DNA of 64,000 nt, taken from assembly GCA_963933835.1 (NCBI GenBank), contig CAWVVV010000003.1:1-64000 (forward strand), in the 5' to 3' direction. The DNA comes from an uncultured Puniceicoccaceae bacterium (GTDB taxonomy: Bacteria > Verrucomicrobiota > Verrucomicrobiia > Opitutales > Oceanipulchritudinaceae). Shown piece by piece: positions 61,854 to 64,000 of the stretch (positions are counted from its first letter, which is position 1; the number at the start of each line of letters is the position of its first letter). The notes beneath the pieces are model-generated. The model saw only the letters and a program-made list of their open reading frames with translations. It ran no database searches and was not told where the DNA came from. The position numbers and the translations under genes are program-made.

Positions 61854-62807
61854 TCATAGATGTAGTCCCCTGCCTAAAAACCAGTTATTCTCGACGAGGC
61901 AGGCGCGGCCATGCCGGAGGGTGATTTGCCCATCGCACTGGTCGAAAACATTGTCGGTGTAGCGATTCCCTCGCGACTTATTGGAAATAATCTCTTTCTC
62001 TTTCGAGAGGCTGTTTGGGTTATAGATCGCCCTATAGAAATAGTTATGATCGATCGACGCTGCGATTTCATACACTTGCTTGCTGCTGTCTGAAATACGG
62101 AGCGCTTCCCAACCGTTCTTTCCCACGTAGTCACGCTCTCCAAAATAGTTGTGGTGGATCCGATGTTCCCTGCGGACCAAAGGACCGGGTTCCTTATCTG
62201 GATCCGGCTTAATAAAAATGACTGCATTCAAGGAGCGTTTGTGCTCAAAACTGCAGTGATCCACCTCATTACGGAATCCTCGCATCGTGATGTAGTTATA
62301 ATCCTGTGACGAATTACCGTAGGGATGATCAAAGTTGGAGAAAAAGCAGTTGGTAAGACGGTTATCCGCTGAATTCTCGTTGTAGATGATGATCCCGTTC
62401 TTTTCGGCCGGTCCGCCCACTGAACGTTCGTCAAAATGCGGCCCCACATCGTCTCCTAGGAATTGCTTTGAAAGCGCGTCAAAATCTTCGGGACGACCGT
62501 CAAAGGTCAGCCCTTCGAGCGTAATATAGTTTCCATCAATTTAAAATTGAATCGCTCCGTAAAAGCGGACCGTCCCAGGGATCTCTGCGCGCACGATCGC
62601 AGGTTTTGTCCTGTGCCCTCCACCCGTAAAGCGGGTTTCAACATCGGAATAATCCCCTGCCTTGATCAACACCGTGTCACCGGGCTCAAGCGCCATTTCC
62701 TTCGGGAAATCAGCCTCAATGCTCCATACATACGAGGCAGCATTTGTCTTCGAGGCAAAGACGGCACAGCAAAGTGCGAAAAGAGGATTCCTTATCAAAA
62801 GTGTCAT
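61854..62807 (-). pseudogene. PL6 (chondroitinase B / alginate lyase) family pseudogene
   Basis: Signal peptide, PGDTVLIKAG.Y, RAEIPG.V, in-frame TAA at 62541-62543, then NGWEALRI, EIISNKS and TLRHG. Truncated after NNWFLG. Confidence 0.85.
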
Positions 62808-63052
62808 TTTGTGGCGAAGAGGATTAAAATTAGGGGGGCTTATCCAGAGCCCTCGCGCCATCCGCTCGAGCTCTGCATGGAGAACTTGATCAATACACCA
62901 TCCAAGTCAGATTCGTAATTATCTCCCGCTTCAATTCTCCTACAAAGAAAAAACGCTGGTTAATCGCATCCAGAACTGAAAAAACGACTACTAGCCAGCA
63001 CCTGAGCCCTCAAACATAGAGGCTCCAAAATCGCCGTCATTCCCACACTGTA

Positions 63053-63997
63053 ATGTATCCTAAGGAAATCACCGATCTTCTAGACAGCAACGGTTTAGGC
63101 TGGAAGCCGAGTCACAACCTCAACGCGCACTGTGGTGACTACATAGAGCCATTGCAGCGTGAGCGCTGGTTACTCGCCAATCAAGACGCCCACAAGGCGA
63201 TCCGTGACTACTTCGAGTTCCTCGTGACGTGCCAAAAGCGGTTTACGGAAGTCGCAAAGTCGATGGGTTATTGGAACAAAGAGACGCGCCACAGCTTGGG
63301 CCACGACAAATGGTCTGTCGGCTGGGGCGGTGATGCGTTACTCCCGATTGCTCACTATGCCTACTGCCTAAAGAGCTACGGCCTGAGTGGTAACATCTTG
63401 GAGTGTGGCGCATTCAAAGGTTCCTCGACGGCCTGCCTGAGTATCGCATGCGAGCTTATCGGCTCGACCTTGTTTTGCGCAGATTCGTTCGAAGGTCTGC
63501 CAGAAGGCGAAGCGCACTACAACAAAGGGGACTTCGTCGGCACCTTGGATGAAGTCAAAAAGAACGTCGCCCGCAATGGAGTGATCGAGTCGACCCGATT
63601 CATCCAAGGCTGGTACAATGAATCGCTCAAAGGATTCTCCGAGCCGATCAGCGTTCTATGGATCGATGTTGATCTCTGCAGCTCTACGCTCGATGTCCTG
63701 AATAACGCCTACTCTGCGATAGAGCCAAATGGCATCATTTTCTCCGACGGCTTTCAGGCCGAAGTCGATTACGAAGGCACTCGCGTCAAACAGATCGGCC
63801 ACGAAAACGCTGGGCTATGCGAGCCCGCGGGCATCTACCAATTCTTCGAGGGCAAGAAACTAGACTACCAAGCCATCCCTGCAGGGCCTCCAGGGCTTGC
63901 GCTGATCGTCCAAGAACTAGACGAATCAACCCCTCTTAGACACCAGAGCGAGCAAATACCCACTCTCTTGAAAGCGCTGACAACGAAGATTAATTAG
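63053..63997 (+). CDS. TylF/MycF/NovP-family O-methyltransferase
   Basis: GNILECGAFKGSS, DSFEGLP, IQGWYNESL and IDVDL motifs. Confidence 0.85.
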   Translation: MYPKEITDLLDSNGLGWKPSHNLNAHCGDYIEPLQRERWLLANQDAHKAIRDYFEFLVTCQKRFTEVAKSMGYWNKETRHSLGHDKWSVGWGGDALLPIAHYAYCLKSYGLSGNILECGAFKGSSTACLSIACELIGSTLFCADSFEGLPEGEAHYNKGDFVGTLDEVKKNVARNGVIESTRFIQGWYNESLKGFSEPISVLWIDVDLCSSTLDVLNNAYSAIEPNGIIFSDGFQAEVDYEGTRVKQIGHENAGLCEPAGIYQFFEGKKLDYQAIPAGPPGLALIVQELDESTPLRHQSEQIPTLLKALTTKIN

Positions 63998-64000
63998 CCG

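Overview
This 64 kb bacterial chromosomal segment is probably from Verrucomicrobiota (Opitutales-like). That assignment is inferred from the gene set, the attC style and a Trp/Tyr-rich C-terminal domain; no search was run. The housekeeping backbone is intact: glyQS, metK-ahcY, pheA, menD, ruvC, recF, coaC, leuA, mreBCD-mrdA, miaA, pyk, mntR, thiC with a TPP riboswitch, and clpS. Accessory content: (1) an integrase-less integron cassette array at about 15.8-18.5 kb, with recognisable attC sites, bracketed by two mosaic clusters of 7-10 bp periodic repeats; (2) a five-gene purine-nucleoside scavenging locus (TonB receptor, adenine deaminase, Tat-exported ADA2-like deaminase, NCS2 permease, tandem-NUP secreted protein) with a sigma54-type promoter; (3) an unannotated 27-aa Trp/His-containing leader peptide and attenuator-like structure before leuA; (4) a GtrA/sulfotransferase/GT4/deacetylase operon and an agt-plcP-like lipid remodelling pair; (5) a MurQ-like/SSS/GH20 amino-sugar operon; (6) a truncated IS3-family element. 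About eight accessory genes are broken by nonsense changes, frameshifts or deletions, which points to ongoing gene decay. No rRNA, tRNA or CRISPR array was seen.
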